64,000 nucleotides of DNA from an uncultured virus (IMG/VR IMGVR_UViG_3300042894_003697) (IMGVR_UViG_3300042894_003697), one strand, 5' to 3'. Positions 1-9,838 are shown, numbered from the stretch's first letter. Notes: generated by a model from the sequence alone, not told the origin. Translations and numbers: made by a program.

Positions 1-631
1 CTTGGTCAATCTCAGCAGTGATCTCTTGTGCAAGAGCTGCCATGATTTCTGCTTCAACGTCAATACCGTGCATGGCCTGTGCGTCTTGTGCAGATTCAAA
101 TGTCCAACGTGCTTGCAACTTACGTGTTTTGGCTTCCACGGCTTGTTTCAAGATCTGAACAGAAATTTGCTTACCGCCTGTACCTTCCATGATTGCTGTA
201 TTGTTACCAGTATAACCAGTAGCAGTAGTAGTACCTTGTGGAACTGTAGAGTATGCAGTAGCAATTGTGAATGGACTCAATGCCTCTTGGCCAGCGGACA
301 CGCTGGTTGCAGCCAATGAGTTATCAGTCAAAGACTGAGCATAACGCACACGCAGAGTGTGAATTTGACCTACTGGACCTGTCATTGGCTGAACGCCTAC
401 CAACTCGTTAGCAATAACTGTTGGCATAACACGTCGAATCACTGGAAGAATCACACGGTTTAATGTGGCGATATTTCCAGATGCAGTAGAACCTGAACTT
501 GCGTTCTCACGCAAATACTTTTTGGTATTTTCGAGGATAACGCTCATTGAAGTACGCTTTGAACCTTGCAGGCCTTCTAGCAATGCTTCTTTGGTCTCGT
601 TCCAACGACCTTCTAATAATTCCTGTGACAT
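1..631 (-). CDS. gp23: Major capsid protein (T4 gp23 family), 5' part; runs off the window edge
   Basis: Not in the ORF track. Hand translation from ATG at 631 gives MSQELLEGRWNETKEALLEGL...VILPVIRRVMPTVIANELVGVQPMTGPVGQIHTLRVRY, the conserved gp23 GVQPMTGP motif. GGAGA SD upstream; directly follows gp21-gp22. Confidence 0.96.
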   Translation of the reverse strand, partial: MSQELLEGRWNETKEALLEGLQGSKRTSMSVILENTKKYLRENASSGSTASGNIATLNRVILPVIRRVMPTVIANELVGVQPMTGPVGQIHTLRVRYAQSLTDNSLAATSVSAGQEALSPFTIATAYSTVPQGTTTATGYTGNNTAIMEGTGGKQISVQILKQAVEAKTRKLQARWTFESAQDAQAMHGIDVEAEIMAALAQEITAEIDQ

Positions 632-653
632 TTAAGTCTCCTTTTTTTCTTTT

Positions 654-1751
654 TTACAGTCCGGCCAAGCGTTTAAGATCGATTACATTGCTTTCGGCAA
701 CTTGGTCATCTTCTTGAACACGGACGGATTTATCGCCAGTTTCTGTGGAATATGTTTCTGTAATCACTTTTTTACCGGCTCTTACAGAACGATCTTCCAA
801 CACAGCTGGTAGATACTTTTCGAATGCATTTTTCAAACGTGACGTTTGAACGCTTTCTAGCAAATTACGCATTGTTTCTTGCTTTTCTTTGTTTAAAGGA
901 GCAAGCAAGAGTTCCATGGTGCTTTCGCGCTCATTGGACTCTTTAATAACACGTATTTCACGTTCTTTGGACTCCACAAGAACTTTTGCTCTTTGTGTGA
1001 GTTTGATGGCTTCAGACAATTTGTTATTCTTTTCAGCAATAATATCATGCAATTTACGAACTTCTGCTTTCTCATTTAAATGAGTAGCACCAAATTCTGT
1101 TGCATATGCTTCAAAGATTCTACGTCCAAAATTGTTCTCGCGAGCAACTTGGATGTCTTCTTTTAACTGTCCTAGTTCGGCCTTAAGATGTTGGCTAACA
1201 GCATTAGACATTTTCTTGGCAGATTCTGTTACGAATCGAGCTTTGAGACTTTCTAATGTACGACGAGCTTCACGCACTAAACGAACCTTAGTCTCTACGA
1301 CATCACGTTTGTCTCTTGCAAATTCTTGAATCTCGCCAGCAAGTGCATGTACCACAAAGTTTTCTAATTTAGCTAAACTTTCTGTGTGCATCTTGCGGTC
1401 TTTGCGCAGTTCGCCAATTTCTTCTGCTAATTTGGTCACCATAAAGTCGTTGAACTTTGTAGATGATTCTTTCATTTTAGCTTGGAACTTAACGCGATCT
1501 TCAACTAGTTGAGCTTTTTCAGCCTGCACTTGTTGAATCTCTGCAGCAAGACCATCTGTAACCATACGATCTAGGGCTTCCACCATCACTGTCTTGTCAT
1601 GCTCATAGCGTTGTGCAAACTCTTCGCGTAGTTCTGCACGTACCTGTTCACGAGCTTCAGTCATCTTGGCTTCCCAAGCTTCTGTAATCTCGCTGCGAGT
1701 TTCCTCGTTGATCAAGTCGCTATCTAATAATGGTTTTATAATGTCTAACAT
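654..1751 (-). CDS. gp22: Prohead core scaffold protein (gp22-like)
   Basis: 365-aa Glu/Lys-rich coiled coil between the protease and the major capsid gene; C-terminal LKRLAGL. Confidence 0.85.
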   Translation of the reverse strand: MLDIIKPLLDSDLINEETRSEITEAWEAKMTEAREQVRAELREEFAQRYEHDKTVMVEALDRMVTDGLAAEIQQVQAEKAQLVEDRVKFQAKMKESSTKFNDFMVTKLAEEIGELRKDRKMHTESLAKLENFVVHALAGEIQEFARDKRDVVETKVRLVREARRTLESLKARFVTESAKKMSNAVSQHLKAELGQLKEDIQVARENNFGRRIFEAYATEFGATHLNEKAEVRKLHDIIAEKNNKLSEAIKLTQRAKVLVESKEREIRVIKESNERESTMELLLAPLNKEKQETMRNLLESVQTSRLKNAFEKYLPAVLEDRSVRAGKKVITETYSTETGDKSVRVQEDDQVAESNVIDLKRLAGL

Positions 1752-1761
1752 TATGTTTTCC

Positions 1762-2400
1762 TTAGATTTTGAGATCTTTGATCAGCTTCATTACTTCGCT
1801 TTTCAAATATCTCTGTACCTTGTTGTCCGCGCTAGCGTCACGTGCCATCTCAAGAATTTTATGTCCGTGCTTCATGTTAAGAAGACCTTCATAGATTGCT
1901 GTAGGATAAGCATGAGGCGCACTAGGTTGGGCAACTACATCCACAGTGACAATTTCAAAGTCACTGACATGTCCGTTTGAGTCGTTGACATTTCCGGATC
2001 CACGACTTGAAACACCTAATTTAACACCAGAATCCAACATGGTTTTAACCAGTTGTCCCATTGGTGTTGGTAATACTTTTAATTTTCCGTAGCCGCAATG
2101 GCCTTCCATCCACATACCTTCAATCATGTGACTCACACGATCCAAGTTGATTTTTAAATCATCTGGATGATCTACTTCACCTAGTACACTATGACCAGTT
2201 TTGATTTGTTCATTGATAGTTTCTACTGCCTTGGCAATTTCACGTACAGGATACACACGCTCATTGGCATTTTTTACATCGCCCTCAATGCAAACACCCT
2301 TCATATAAAGGGTTTTGCCAGATCCATCTGCGGCTTCCTCAGTCAAGAGTTCAATCTTGGCCTGAGTAAAGCTCAGATGTTCTTTTAGATATCGAGCCAT
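1762..2400 (-). CDS. gp21: Prohead maturation protease (gp21)
   Basis: Motifs NANERVYP, LGEVDHP, VSHMI, GVSSRGSG, DVVAQPSAP. Confidence 0.95.
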   Translation of the reverse strand: MARYLKEHLSFTQAKIELLTEEAADGSGKTLYMKGVCIEGDVKNANERVYPVREIAKAVETINEQIKTGHSVLGEVDHPDDLKINLDRVSHMIEGMWMEGHCGYGKLKVLPTPMGQLVKTMLDSGVKLGVSSRGSGNVNDSNGHVSDFEIVTVDVVAQPSAPHAYPTAIYEGLLNMKHGHKILEMARDASADNKVQRYLKSEVMKLIKDLKI

Positions 2401-2409
2401 ATCTTCTTA

Positions 2410-3297
2410 TTAGCCTCTCGGAAATGGTGTTTTTGTGTTAACACCACTGGCTTGAGCTGTCGTTGGCTTTGGAGCCGCTGACAATTTAGAATTTGCGTTG
2501 CCTTTGCCAGGAACATTTTTAAATGTGCCTGCTTGTGGCAAATCGCCTGTTTTTGGTGCTGGACGACCTTGTGCAGTGTCACCTGTCATTCTAACAGGAC
2601 TAGCTGCCATGCCTTTAGCACCAGAGTTAAAAGCAACTACGCTTTTAGTGTTAGCACCGTCGTCACCCATTTTAGGAGTAGCAACTTTGTCTAACTGTAC
2701 GTTTTCCATCATTGACTCGTCGTCAAATGCTTGTGTGTCATCTTGAGCAAGTGCGTCTCCACCTAGTGGTTCGTCTTCGTCGCCAGCCAAATCGCTGTCA
2801 ATTCCGTCGTCCATTTCGTCATCGCCGCCCATCATTGATTCAAATTCGGCCATCAATTCATCAAGCTTGTCTTCAAGATCAACCACACGATCTTCTAATT
2901 CGCCTTCGTCATGACCTTGTTCCATGTCGTGAGTAAGTTCGTGCCCAGCTTCTTCAGCGTTGTCATCAAACTCTTCATCATCTTCCATTGGCATGCCTTG
3001 CTCTTCGGTTTCAACATCGTCGATCAAGTCATCACTGGCATCACCACCCATCATGGCATGACCTTCGTCCATCTTTTCGTCATACTCGATGTCTTTAGCA
3101 ACTTTCTTACCGGCTTTTTCAGCATGGTCGTCGCGTTCTGCATCAGACTCTTCGTCCAATGCTTCAGCATCGTCGTCCATGAGATTTTCGTATATCTCAC
3201 GAGATTTTTCTACCACGATATCGTGGAAAAGCTCGCGAGCTTTTTGTTCTTCATCGTTGATTACGTATTCAATCAACTGTTCAAATTTCGATGTCAT
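2410..3297 (-). CDS. Highly acidic prohead core/internal protein (positional analogue of T4 gp67/gp68)
   Basis: Asp/Glu-rich protein between portal and protease. Start moved to ATG 3297 because GGAGG lies at 3310-3306. Confidence 0.6.
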   Translation of the reverse strand: MTSKFEQLIEYVINDEEQKARELFHDIVVEKSREIYENLMDDDAEALDEESDAERDDHAEKAGKKVAKDIEYDEKMDEGHAMMGGDASDDLIDDVETEEQGMPMEDDEEFDDNAEEAGHELTHDMEQGHDEGELEDRVVDLEDKLDELMAEFESMMGGDDEMDDGIDSDLAGDEDEPLGGDALAQDDTQAFDDESMMENVQLDKVATPKMGDDGANTKSVVAFNSGAKGMAASPVRMTGDTAQGRPAPKTGDLPQAGTFKNVPGKGNANSKLSAAPKPTTAQASGVNTKTPFPRG

Positions 3298-3329
3298 ATT
3301 GTGTACCTCCAAAAGTATGGCTCGTAATA

Positions 3330-3335
3330 TATTTA
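3330..3335 (-). promoter_or_regulatory. Late-promoter-like TAAATA upstream of the core/protease/scaffold/capsid operon
   Basis: Matches the core of the T4 late promoter TATAAATA; the same motif recurs before structural genes and gp55 is encoded in the window. Confidence 0.6.
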
Positions 3336-3406
3336 CATATATTAGATAATATTGGTAGTTTTAAAGCAGAAAACTGGTAGTTTTTTGAATAATTGTTAAA
3401 CAATTA

Positions 3407-3628
3407 TTACAGACCAGGTGCTACAGGAGGAGGTGCGTATTGTTGACGCACTAGTTTTAATTTTTCTTTGTATTCATAACTACGCACATCATTCATTTGT
3501 CGTAGCTTGTTTAACTGACGCAGAGTCAGTCGAGTCTTTCTCAAATCGCCTAGTTTAAGTTGGCTGTTGTCCTGGCTTAGATCTTGATAAGCACCAGGAG
3601 ATTTTTCGTATATTTCGTTGAGAATCAT
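3407..3628 (-). CDS. Small head-module hypothetical protein (73 aa)
   Basis: ORF between portal and core genes; TATAAATA 5 nt upstream of its ATG. Confidence 0.75.
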   Translation of the reverse strand: MILNEIYEKSPGAYQDLSQDNSQLKLGDLRKTRLTLRQLNKLRQMNDVRSYEYKEKLKLVRQQYAPPPVAPGL

Positions 3629-3633
3629 ACCAG

Positions 3634-3641
3634 TATTTATA
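3634..3641 (-). promoter_or_regulatory. T4-type late promoter TATAAATA overlapping the portal stop codon
   Basis: Exact T4 late consensus on the minus strand. Confidence 0.65.
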
Positions 3642-5457
3642 CTCCGGGTACTCCAGGCGCACCACCACTTGGAGCACCTGCGCCTGCTGCACCGCCCAAA
3701 CTGTTGGCACCTGGACTTACACTTGGTGTAGGCTGACTGCCCGGAGCTCCTGCAAATTCACTTTGAGAAAGATCTTGACCAGTTTGAATGTCTGCTTCCA
3801 TACCTGCAGGAGTGATACCAATGGCACGTAGATCTTGCCCTTGTGTGGTTTCCAGATCTGGAGTGTCACGTTCTTCACGCCAGTGTTGTTCGTTTTCCAT
3901 GACTTCTTCGTCAGTAAGGCCTAGATAACGTTTCATTAAAAAACGTTTACTCATGTAAGGCAATGGCTCTAGTTGGGTAAATGCAGTGATTCTTGTGGTA
4001 TCAAGTTCACTTTGACGATAACTGGCAAAGTTCTGTGGAGCACATAGTTTGATAGTAAACAAACCTGAATCAATATTGAATCCTCTCCAACGCATGAACA
4101 TTTTAAACTCATCGTCTAGTTTTTGCATGATCAAGTTTTGCAATCGTATACAGTATTGGTTGAAACGATATTCTTGAATCAGTGCAGTTCCTACTTTGCC
4201 GTCATTCATAGCAATACCACTATCATCAGGGCCTGTGGGCAAATAGCTTGAAGGCACACGTAAACCACGTGCCATTTTGTTGTTGAAGTATTTCAGATCA
4301 TCAATTTCGCCAAGATTTTCGCCGCCTGGCAACACTTCTACACTGCTGCCACGTCCATCCGAAGTTTGTGGGAAAAAGTAATCTTCGTTAATGCTCAATG
4401 GATTATAACTGGAATCCATCATGTTAGCACCGCCACCTGTGTTGGTAGGAATACGCCGTTGATGCATTTCATTTTTGACACGTTCTACAAACTGCATGGC
4501 CATATGGCTGGGCATGTTTCCTACATCAATCTTGAACAAACGTCTTTCTGGTGCACGTTGCACACGATAAATTAACACGGAATCTTCTAGTAATTCTTTT
4601 TGTTTGTAAACTTTAAAAATATTTTCTAATATGCTTTGTCCAAAAGGCCAGAAAAAGTCCAGTCCTTCGTTCAAGCTTAGGTGCACAATATGACGACTGT
4701 CTATGCAACTTTCGTTCATGGCCTGTGTGAATCTGTTGTTGCCTACGCCTCCGCCTGCACCACCATAGCCACCACCATTGGGTGCAGTGTAGTTGGTTTG
4801 TCCTGACGCTCCTGTGGCACGACTAACATAGTAATCTTGTGTGGTTTTTGAAGCCACACTCATGTTTTGAAAGTTGGGATTTATGTCTCTAATAATATAC
4901 TGTTCGGGGCGTTTGCCTTCTGACTCGTTCACAATGACCCTGGCAACTTTGACCATGTCAACCCAGTACATTTCAAATGTTTCCGGATCACGCAAAAATA
5001 CCTGATCGCCGTATTTGATAGTATTACGGAACAGTTTGAACATGCGTTGATCTAGTTTGTTCAGTTTGGTCCACTGTTGCAGTTGCTTCTTAATAATTTC
5101 TATTTCGTGATCAGTTGGTTTGTCTGAAAAATGTATGTCAAATGGTGTTTCGTTATCTTGGTTTAGTTGTGTGCTGAACTCAGCAATAATATCCAAACAA
5201 GCATTGACTTCTGAATCAGCATCCATATTTTCATACTGATTGTAACGTTCTACACGATTTGGATGGCCAGAATAAACTTCAGGCAGTCTGCTGGCATAGT
5301 TTCTAAATGCAAAATCGTTGGGTGTTCCGCCAGTATAATCGCCTCCGCGTTGACGATCATATCCTGGTGCTCCAAATTGGTTGCGACCCGAAATTGGACT
5401 TAGCTGTCCGCCTACCCCATCAGGTCCAGCGACTTTGAAATATTTTTTCCAAGACAT
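3637..5457 (-). CDS. gp20: Portal vertex protein (gp20)
   Basis: LLEDSVLIYRVQRAPERRLFKIDVGNMP, EDYFFP, LPGGENLGEIDD, LRVPSSYL are gp20 motifs. Confidence 0.96.
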   Translation of the reverse strand: MSWKKYFKVAGPDGVGGQLSPISGRNQFGAPGYDRQRGGDYTGGTPNDFAFRNYASRLPEVYSGHPNRVERYNQYENMDADSEVNACLDIIAEFSTQLNQDNETPFDIHFSDKPTDHEIEIIKKQLQQWTKLNKLDQRMFKLFRNTIKYGDQVFLRDPETFEMYWVDMVKVARVIVNESEGKRPEQYIIRDINPNFQNMSVASKTTQDYYVSRATGASGQTNYTAPNGGGYGGAGGGVGNNRFTQAMNESCIDSRHIVHLSLNEGLDFFWPFGQSILENIFKVYKQKELLEDSVLIYRVQRAPERRLFKIDVGNMPSHMAMQFVERVKNEMHQRRIPTNTGGGANMMDSSYNPLSINEDYFFPQTSDGRGSSVEVLPGGENLGEIDDLKYFNNKMARGLRVPSSYLPTGPDDSGIAMNDGKVGTALIQEYRFNQYCIRLQNLIMQKLDDEFKMFMRWRGFNIDSGLFTIKLCAPQNFASYRQSELDTTRITAFTQLEPLPYMSKRFLMKRYLGLTDEEVMENEQHWREERDTPDLETTQGQDLRAIGITPAGMEADIQTGQDLSQSEFAGAPGSQPTPSVSPGANSLGGAAGAGAPSGGAPGVPGV

Positions 5458-5474
5458 TTGATTTTTCCTTGCAG

Positions 5475-5480
5475 TATTTA
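5475..5480 (-). promoter_or_regulatory. Late-promoter-like TAAATA for the portal gene
   Basis: GGTAAATA followed by an AAGGA SD and ATG 5457. Confidence 0.55.
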
Positions 5481-5487
5481 CCGCATA

Positions 5488-8214
5488 TCAGTGTTGATAA
5501 GCTAATATCTTTCCCGACACATCAAGTTGACTGGTCATGACTCTGACCAGTTCATCTAGTTTGTTCAATTGTTGACTCATCAATGCCAGTTGTTCCGAAT
5601 TATCTGTGGTCGTTGCAGTTGGTGTGATTGTTGATGGAGTATTATTGTTGGCTGTTTGTTGATTTATTTTGTCTGCAATAGAAGTTGCAATGTCATTAAT
5701 TGGTAACATCTTAGAAAAATCAGGCATCACACTGTTGAGCAAATCACTTGAAGAAGGCATTTTTGTATTCACAAATGTGTCCAGCATAGATTTCATACTG
5801 TTTAAATTGTCAGCTATTTTTAAATCAGGTGAAATAGTTTGAGTTAATTCTCCGCCAGCAGGCTGAACTGCTCGATAATCGCTTATACTACTGGCTACTA
5901 TTTTAGCAATGGCTTGTGGATCCATCTGACCAGGTTGATTTACTTCGCCCAAAATATTTTTAGCAAATTCTTTAATAAAATTTGAATTTTTAATATCTAC
6001 AGGAATTTTGCCACGAGCCAAGGGCACAAATGCTTCGTCTTGCCCTGCTTCCCCTGCTAAAATATTGGTACCACCCGGTTTGGCTCGCACTATTCCGCCG
6101 AACTCAGCTTTTTGCTGTGCCAAACTGGTTGCGTTAGAAATTCGTTTGTTTAGGTGTTGCCCTGTTGATCTTTCATACAGGCGGTCTACAATCTGTGCAG
6201 CTTCTTCTGCAGTTTTGGCCGATTTTAAACTGTTGCCGGCTTTTATTTCAGTGTTAGATAATTCCCACTGTATAAACTCTAGTTGTTCATTCAATGATGA
6301 TTGTTGTATGGGCTTGCCAAAATATTTTTCAAAATCTTTCTGGCGAGGCGGATGCCATTGAGCAATGCCATACGCTTTTCCACCGTCCCCCACTGCGGAT
6401 ATATTCAATCCTGGGCCAGACTCTGCTTGCAAATTTCCAACAATGCCTGCAGCTTGTTCTTTGGTCCAGCCTTGGCTTTGAAAATATGCTAGTGCAGTCT
6501 GTGCTGACCCTGTGGCACCTGCGCCTTTGATCTGTGTCTCGGGCGGCGCAGCTTCTTTGTCTGGTTGCGAAAGTCCAAAAAAATCTGCTATAGCAGTTCC
6601 AATTTTGTTTCCTATCATGGCACCACCAACTGCACCTGCCACTGTGCCAATTCCAGCAGTGGCACCACCAACAGCCAATGCACCCGCAGTGCCGCCAATA
6701 GCAGTGGCACCATAATCCAATGCTTTTCTCGCCATGCCACCACCACCAGTTGATCCACCTCCAACTGACTTGCCGCCTGCAGGTTCTTTGGCCCCGGGCA
6801 TGACTTTGTTGGCCATTCCGGCTGCAGTATTAGTTGCACCTGCCAATGCTTTCATTGCTTCAGTAGCAGGTGCAACACCTGCTTGCACAAAACTCTGCAA
6901 GCTGTCTCTAGAATTCATCTGAGCAATACGTAATTCAACTTGTGATTTAGTAGTAGGATCTAGTCCTTTTAATTGCAGTTCTTGTTCAGCTTTGGCTCGT
7001 TCTCGTTGTTGTTCAGCAGTTTCTGCTGCATAACGAGATTGCATTTGTCCAATTTCTTTCATTGGCAACAAGAAATCATTGGTAGCATTAAATTTGGCCA
7101 AACTTCCTAAGCTATCTCTGGTTTGACCTGCACCTTTGGCCAGTGCATTGATATATTCTTCAGCAGTGTAAGAGCCTTTGCTTAACATTTGAACTGCACC
7201 ACTGGCAGTCATAAAAGTTTTGCTCATAGCGCTGACATCACCACCTACACCTTGTTGGAACTCTTTTAGTGCAGTTCCAGTCAGTCGCATTGCAATTTCG
7301 TTGTTGGCTTGATATTGTTTGGATGCGGCCAGATCACCTGCATCTGCTTTGCGTTTTAATTCATACTGTGTTTGATTAAATGCATCTTCGGCCTGTGCTT
7401 CATCAATTTTACTTTGCAATTGTTCAGCATTTTCACCTGTCAGTTTGCTTAGTAAATCTAGATTTTTAATATAAGCTGCACTTTGAACAGACAAATCTTT
7501 ATTGATATTTGCAGAAGAAACACCAAATCCTTGTTGTTGTTTGACAAATAATGCTATACCTTTGTTGATGTCATCTGGCGTTTTGCCCAGCATTTGCAGT
7601 GCCCGGCCAACATCACTGCGTTGAATGTCATTGGCAGCATTGGCAAATGCCTTGGACCCAGTGGCAGCAGTGCCACCAAAATCTGACAATGCCTTGCTGT
7701 TTTCTTTGAGCAAGGCAGTCATGTCGCCCAACTGCTCAATGCCATAACCAAATTTTTGCATGCTTTCAAAAATTTCAGTCATACCTCCAGCAGCGGCCTG
7801 GCCACTGGAACTTAGATCTTTGTAGGTTTTAAATAGTTCGTCAGCTTGTTTACTGGCAACTTTGTTAAACTTGCCCAGTGCTATTACACCAACACCTACG
7901 GCACCTGCCAGTAGACCCAGTGGTCCTCCCAGTGCCATCAATGCTACACCAAGTGCGCCAAGTGCAGTTGTGACAGTTTCTACTCCGTCGGCCATGACTT
8001 CTGCACCCTGCTTGCCTTGATACATGGCCTTGGTAGTGTCAGCAATGGCCTTGCCCAGTGCTTTGTACAAACCAGCCTGGGCTGCAGTCAGTCCTTTGAT
8101 GCCAGTCTGAGCATCTTTAAACGATTCAAACAGTTCTTTGGTAACAGGAATACCATTTTGAACCGAATAATAATAGTCGTCTATGGCCCGTTGTCGTTCG
8201 TCATCTGACATCAT
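5488..8214 (-). CDS. Tape-measure-like protein with phage tail lysozyme (Phage_lysozyme2-like) domain
   Basis: Long Ala/Gln-rich helical protein with Gly/Ala hydrophobic stretches. Domain GWTKEQAAGIVGNLQAESG...GDGGKAYGIAQW...EQLEFIQWEL...YER. Start is probably ATG 8214 or 8211 rather than GTG 8226. Confidence 0.75.
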   Translation of the reverse strand: MMSDDERQRAIDDYYYSVQNGIPVTKELFESFKDAQTGIKGLTAAQAGLYKALGKAIADTTKAMYQGKQGAEVMADGVETVTTALGALGVALMALGGPLGLLAGAVGVGVIALGKFNKVASKQADELFKTYKDLSSSGQAAAGGMTEIFESMQKFGYGIEQLGDMTALLKENSKALSDFGGTAATGSKAFANAANDIQRSDVGRALQMLGKTPDDINKGIALFVKQQQGFGVSSANINKDLSVQSAAYIKNLDLLSKLTGENAEQLQSKIDEAQAEDAFNQTQYELKRKADAGDLAASKQYQANNEIAMRLTGTALKEFQQGVGGDVSAMSKTFMTASGAVQMLSKGSYTAEEYINALAKGAGQTRDSLGSLAKFNATNDFLLPMKEIGQMQSRYAAETAEQQRERAKAEQELQLKGLDPTTKSQVELRIAQMNSRDSLQSFVQAGVAPATEAMKALAGATNTAAGMANKVMPGAKEPAGGKSVGGGSTGGGGMARKALDYGATAIGGTAGALAVGGATAGIGTVAGAVGGAMIGNKIGTAIADFFGLSQPDKEAAPPETQIKGAGATGSAQTALAYFQSQGWTKEQAAGIVGNLQAESGPGLNISAVGDGGKAYGIAQWHPPRQKDFEKYFGKPIQQSSLNEQLEFIQWELSNTEIKAGNSLKSAKTAEEAAQIVDRLYERSTGQHLNKRISNATSLAQQKAEFGGIVRAKPGGTNILAGEAGQDEAFVPLARGKIPVDIKNSNFIKEFAKNILGEVNQPGQMDPQAIAKIVASSISDYRAVQPAGGELTQTISPDLKIADNLNSMKSMLDTFVNTKMPSSSDLLNSVMPDFSKMLPINDIATSIADKINQQTANNNTPSTITPTATTTDNSEQLALMSQQLNKLDELVRVMTSQLDVSGKILAYQH

Positions 8215-8260
8215 AATGGGCAGCACCTTTTGTAATCAATGGTTTTTGTAGTCATAATTA

Positions 8261-8266
8261 TATTTA
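8261..8266 (-). promoter_or_regulatory. Late-promoter-like TAAATA in the divergent gap (a TAATTA variant at 8255-8260 could serve the plus strand)
   Basis: Motif in the short gap between two divergent structural genes. Confidence 0.45.
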
Positions 8267-8278
8267 GCGAGGATAAAA

Positions 8279-9118
8279 ATGACCCCAAACAACCCCCTGA
8301 GACAGTATTTTAGACAACCTGCAATTTATATTCGGCTGCCCAGTCAAGGGCAATTTTACCCGCCTGGCACATTGACTCTGACAGAAACAGGCGAGCTGCC
8401 TGTGTACCCAATGACTGCCATTGACGAAATCATGTATAAAACCCCAGATGCATTATTCAATGGACAAGCTACAATCAATGTCATACAAAGTTGTGTACCA
8501 AATATTACCAATGCATGGGGAGTACCTGCCATGGATGTAGACACATTGTTAGTGGCCATACGTATTGCCAGCTACGGGCACGAAATGGAATTTGGTACAA
8601 AATGTCCTAAATGTGCATCTGAAAGCGATCGATCACTGGATTTACGCACAGTCATGGATGCTATTCGAGCGCCTGATTACAGCGCCAGTGTACAGTCAGG
8701 TGACATGGAAATTTATTTCCGACCCATGAACTACAAAAATCTCAACGACAACAATCAATTGCAATATGAAAATCAACGCATGTTACAGATGTTGCCAGAC
8801 ACCAAATTTGAAGACACTGAAAAAATGAATGCGCTCACTGCTGCTTTGAAAAGAATCACTGACATCACTGTTACTGCATTGGCACAAAGTATAGCCACAG
8901 TCAAAACTCCCAGTGCCATGGTCTCAGAACCTGAATACATTGAAGACTTTCTTAAAAATTGCGATCGCAGCTTGTTTACACAGATTAGAGATCATATTAT
9001 CAAATTAAAATCACAAGCTGAAATACAACCAATGACACTGACCTGTGACGAATGTGCTCACACGTATGAACAATCTATAGCACTGGACATGTCAAATTTT
9101 TTCGCACCCGCCTCCTAG
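8279..9118 (+). CDS. Baseplate hub / tail assembly chaperone (T4 gp26/gp51-like), Zn-binding
   Basis: N-terminal IRLPSQG...PMTAIDE, DVDTLLVAIRIASYG, two CxxC pairs (CPKC, CDEC), C-terminal SNFF. Confidence 0.75.
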   Translation: MTPNNPLRQYFRQPAIYIRLPSQGQFYPPGTLTLTETGELPVYPMTAIDEIMYKTPDALFNGQATINVIQSCVPNITNAWGVPAMDVDTLLVAIRIASYGHEMEFGTKCPKCASESDRSLDLRTVMDAIRAPDYSASVQSGDMEIYFRPMNYKNLNDNNQLQYENQRMLQMLPDTKFEDTEKMNALTAALKRITDITVTALAQSIATVKTPSAMVSEPEYIEDFLKNCDRSLFTQIRDHIIKLKSQAEIQPMTLTCDECAHTYEQSIALDMSNFFAPAS

Positions 9119-9333
9119 TCTCTGATTCTGACACCATTGGCAAGATAGTTGACGCAATGGATAAAGAAATTAAAAATATTAGACAGGAGGCAATGCAAAT
9201 GGCCTGGTACATGAGAGGTGGTCTCAGTTACGAACAAGCCTTGCAACTCAGTAGCTCTGAAAGAGAAATTGTCAGTGCACTAATCAAGGAAAACATGGAG
9301 ACCACCAAAAAAAGCGGCCTCCCATTTTTTTAA
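9094..9333 (+). CDS. -1 frame ORF, probable frameshift extension of the chaperone (or a separate small gene from ATG 9157 or 9199)
   Basis: The -1 frame is open 9070-9333 and reads RTRLLVSDSDTIGKIVDAMDKEIKNIRQEAMQMAWYMRGGLSYEQALQLSSSEREIVSALIKENMETTKKSGLPFF. Slippery A_AAT_TTT_TTC at 9094-9103. Missed by the ORF track. Confidence 0.7.
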   Translation, partial: KFFRTRLLVSDSDTIGKIVDAMDKEIKNIRQEAMQMAWYMRGGLSYEQALQLSSSEREIVSALIKENMETTKKSGLPFF

Positions 9334-9334
9334 T

Positions 9335-9838
9335 ATGCTATATCAAGATCAAGTACGCAAAGACATATTACATTGGCTGGAAAACTTTGTTGAAAAGCCA
9401 CACCCTGCACTAGGCGGCTGGGCACCTTGCCCGTATGCACGTAGGGCCAGACTGGACAATGATTTCGAAATTAGACTGGGATTGGCGCCTATACATGATT
9501 TGATAAAAATCAGCAAGCACGGTCTTGGTGGTAAAAGTGTTATTATCATTGTGTACAAAGCTGATCAAGTATCACATGAATCGTTCAGCAACGATATTGA
9601 AATAGCCAACAGAGAATTTTTGTTGCCAAATAACCTGTTGGCACTGGAAGATCACCCTGATGATGTAGAAATGGTAAATGGAGTTTGCATGAATCAAGGC
9701 ACTTATGCATTGGCACTGGTGCAAAACCTTGATGATCTCAATGCCAAAGCCCACCAGATGGCCAACAAAGGATTCTATGACACGTGGCCAGAAGCATACT
9801 TAAAACCATTATTTAAACACAGGAAAGATCCACGATGA
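9335..9838 (+). CDS. DUF1415-like hypothetical protein
   Basis: WLENFVE...CPYA and EDHP motifs resemble the DUF1415 CPFA / FHP motifs. Confidence 0.5.
   Translation: MLYQDQVRKDILHWLENFVEKPHPALGGWAPCPYARRARLDNDFEIRLGLAPIHDLIKISKHGLGGKSVIIIVYKADQVSHESFSNDIEIANREFLLPNNLLALEDHPDDVEMVNGVCMNQGTYALALVQNLDDLNAKAHQMANKGFYDTWPEAYLKPLFKHRKDPR

Noticed and set aside
2..319. 105-aa Cys-rich plus-strand ORF
   Set aside because: Antisense shadow of the major capsid gene.
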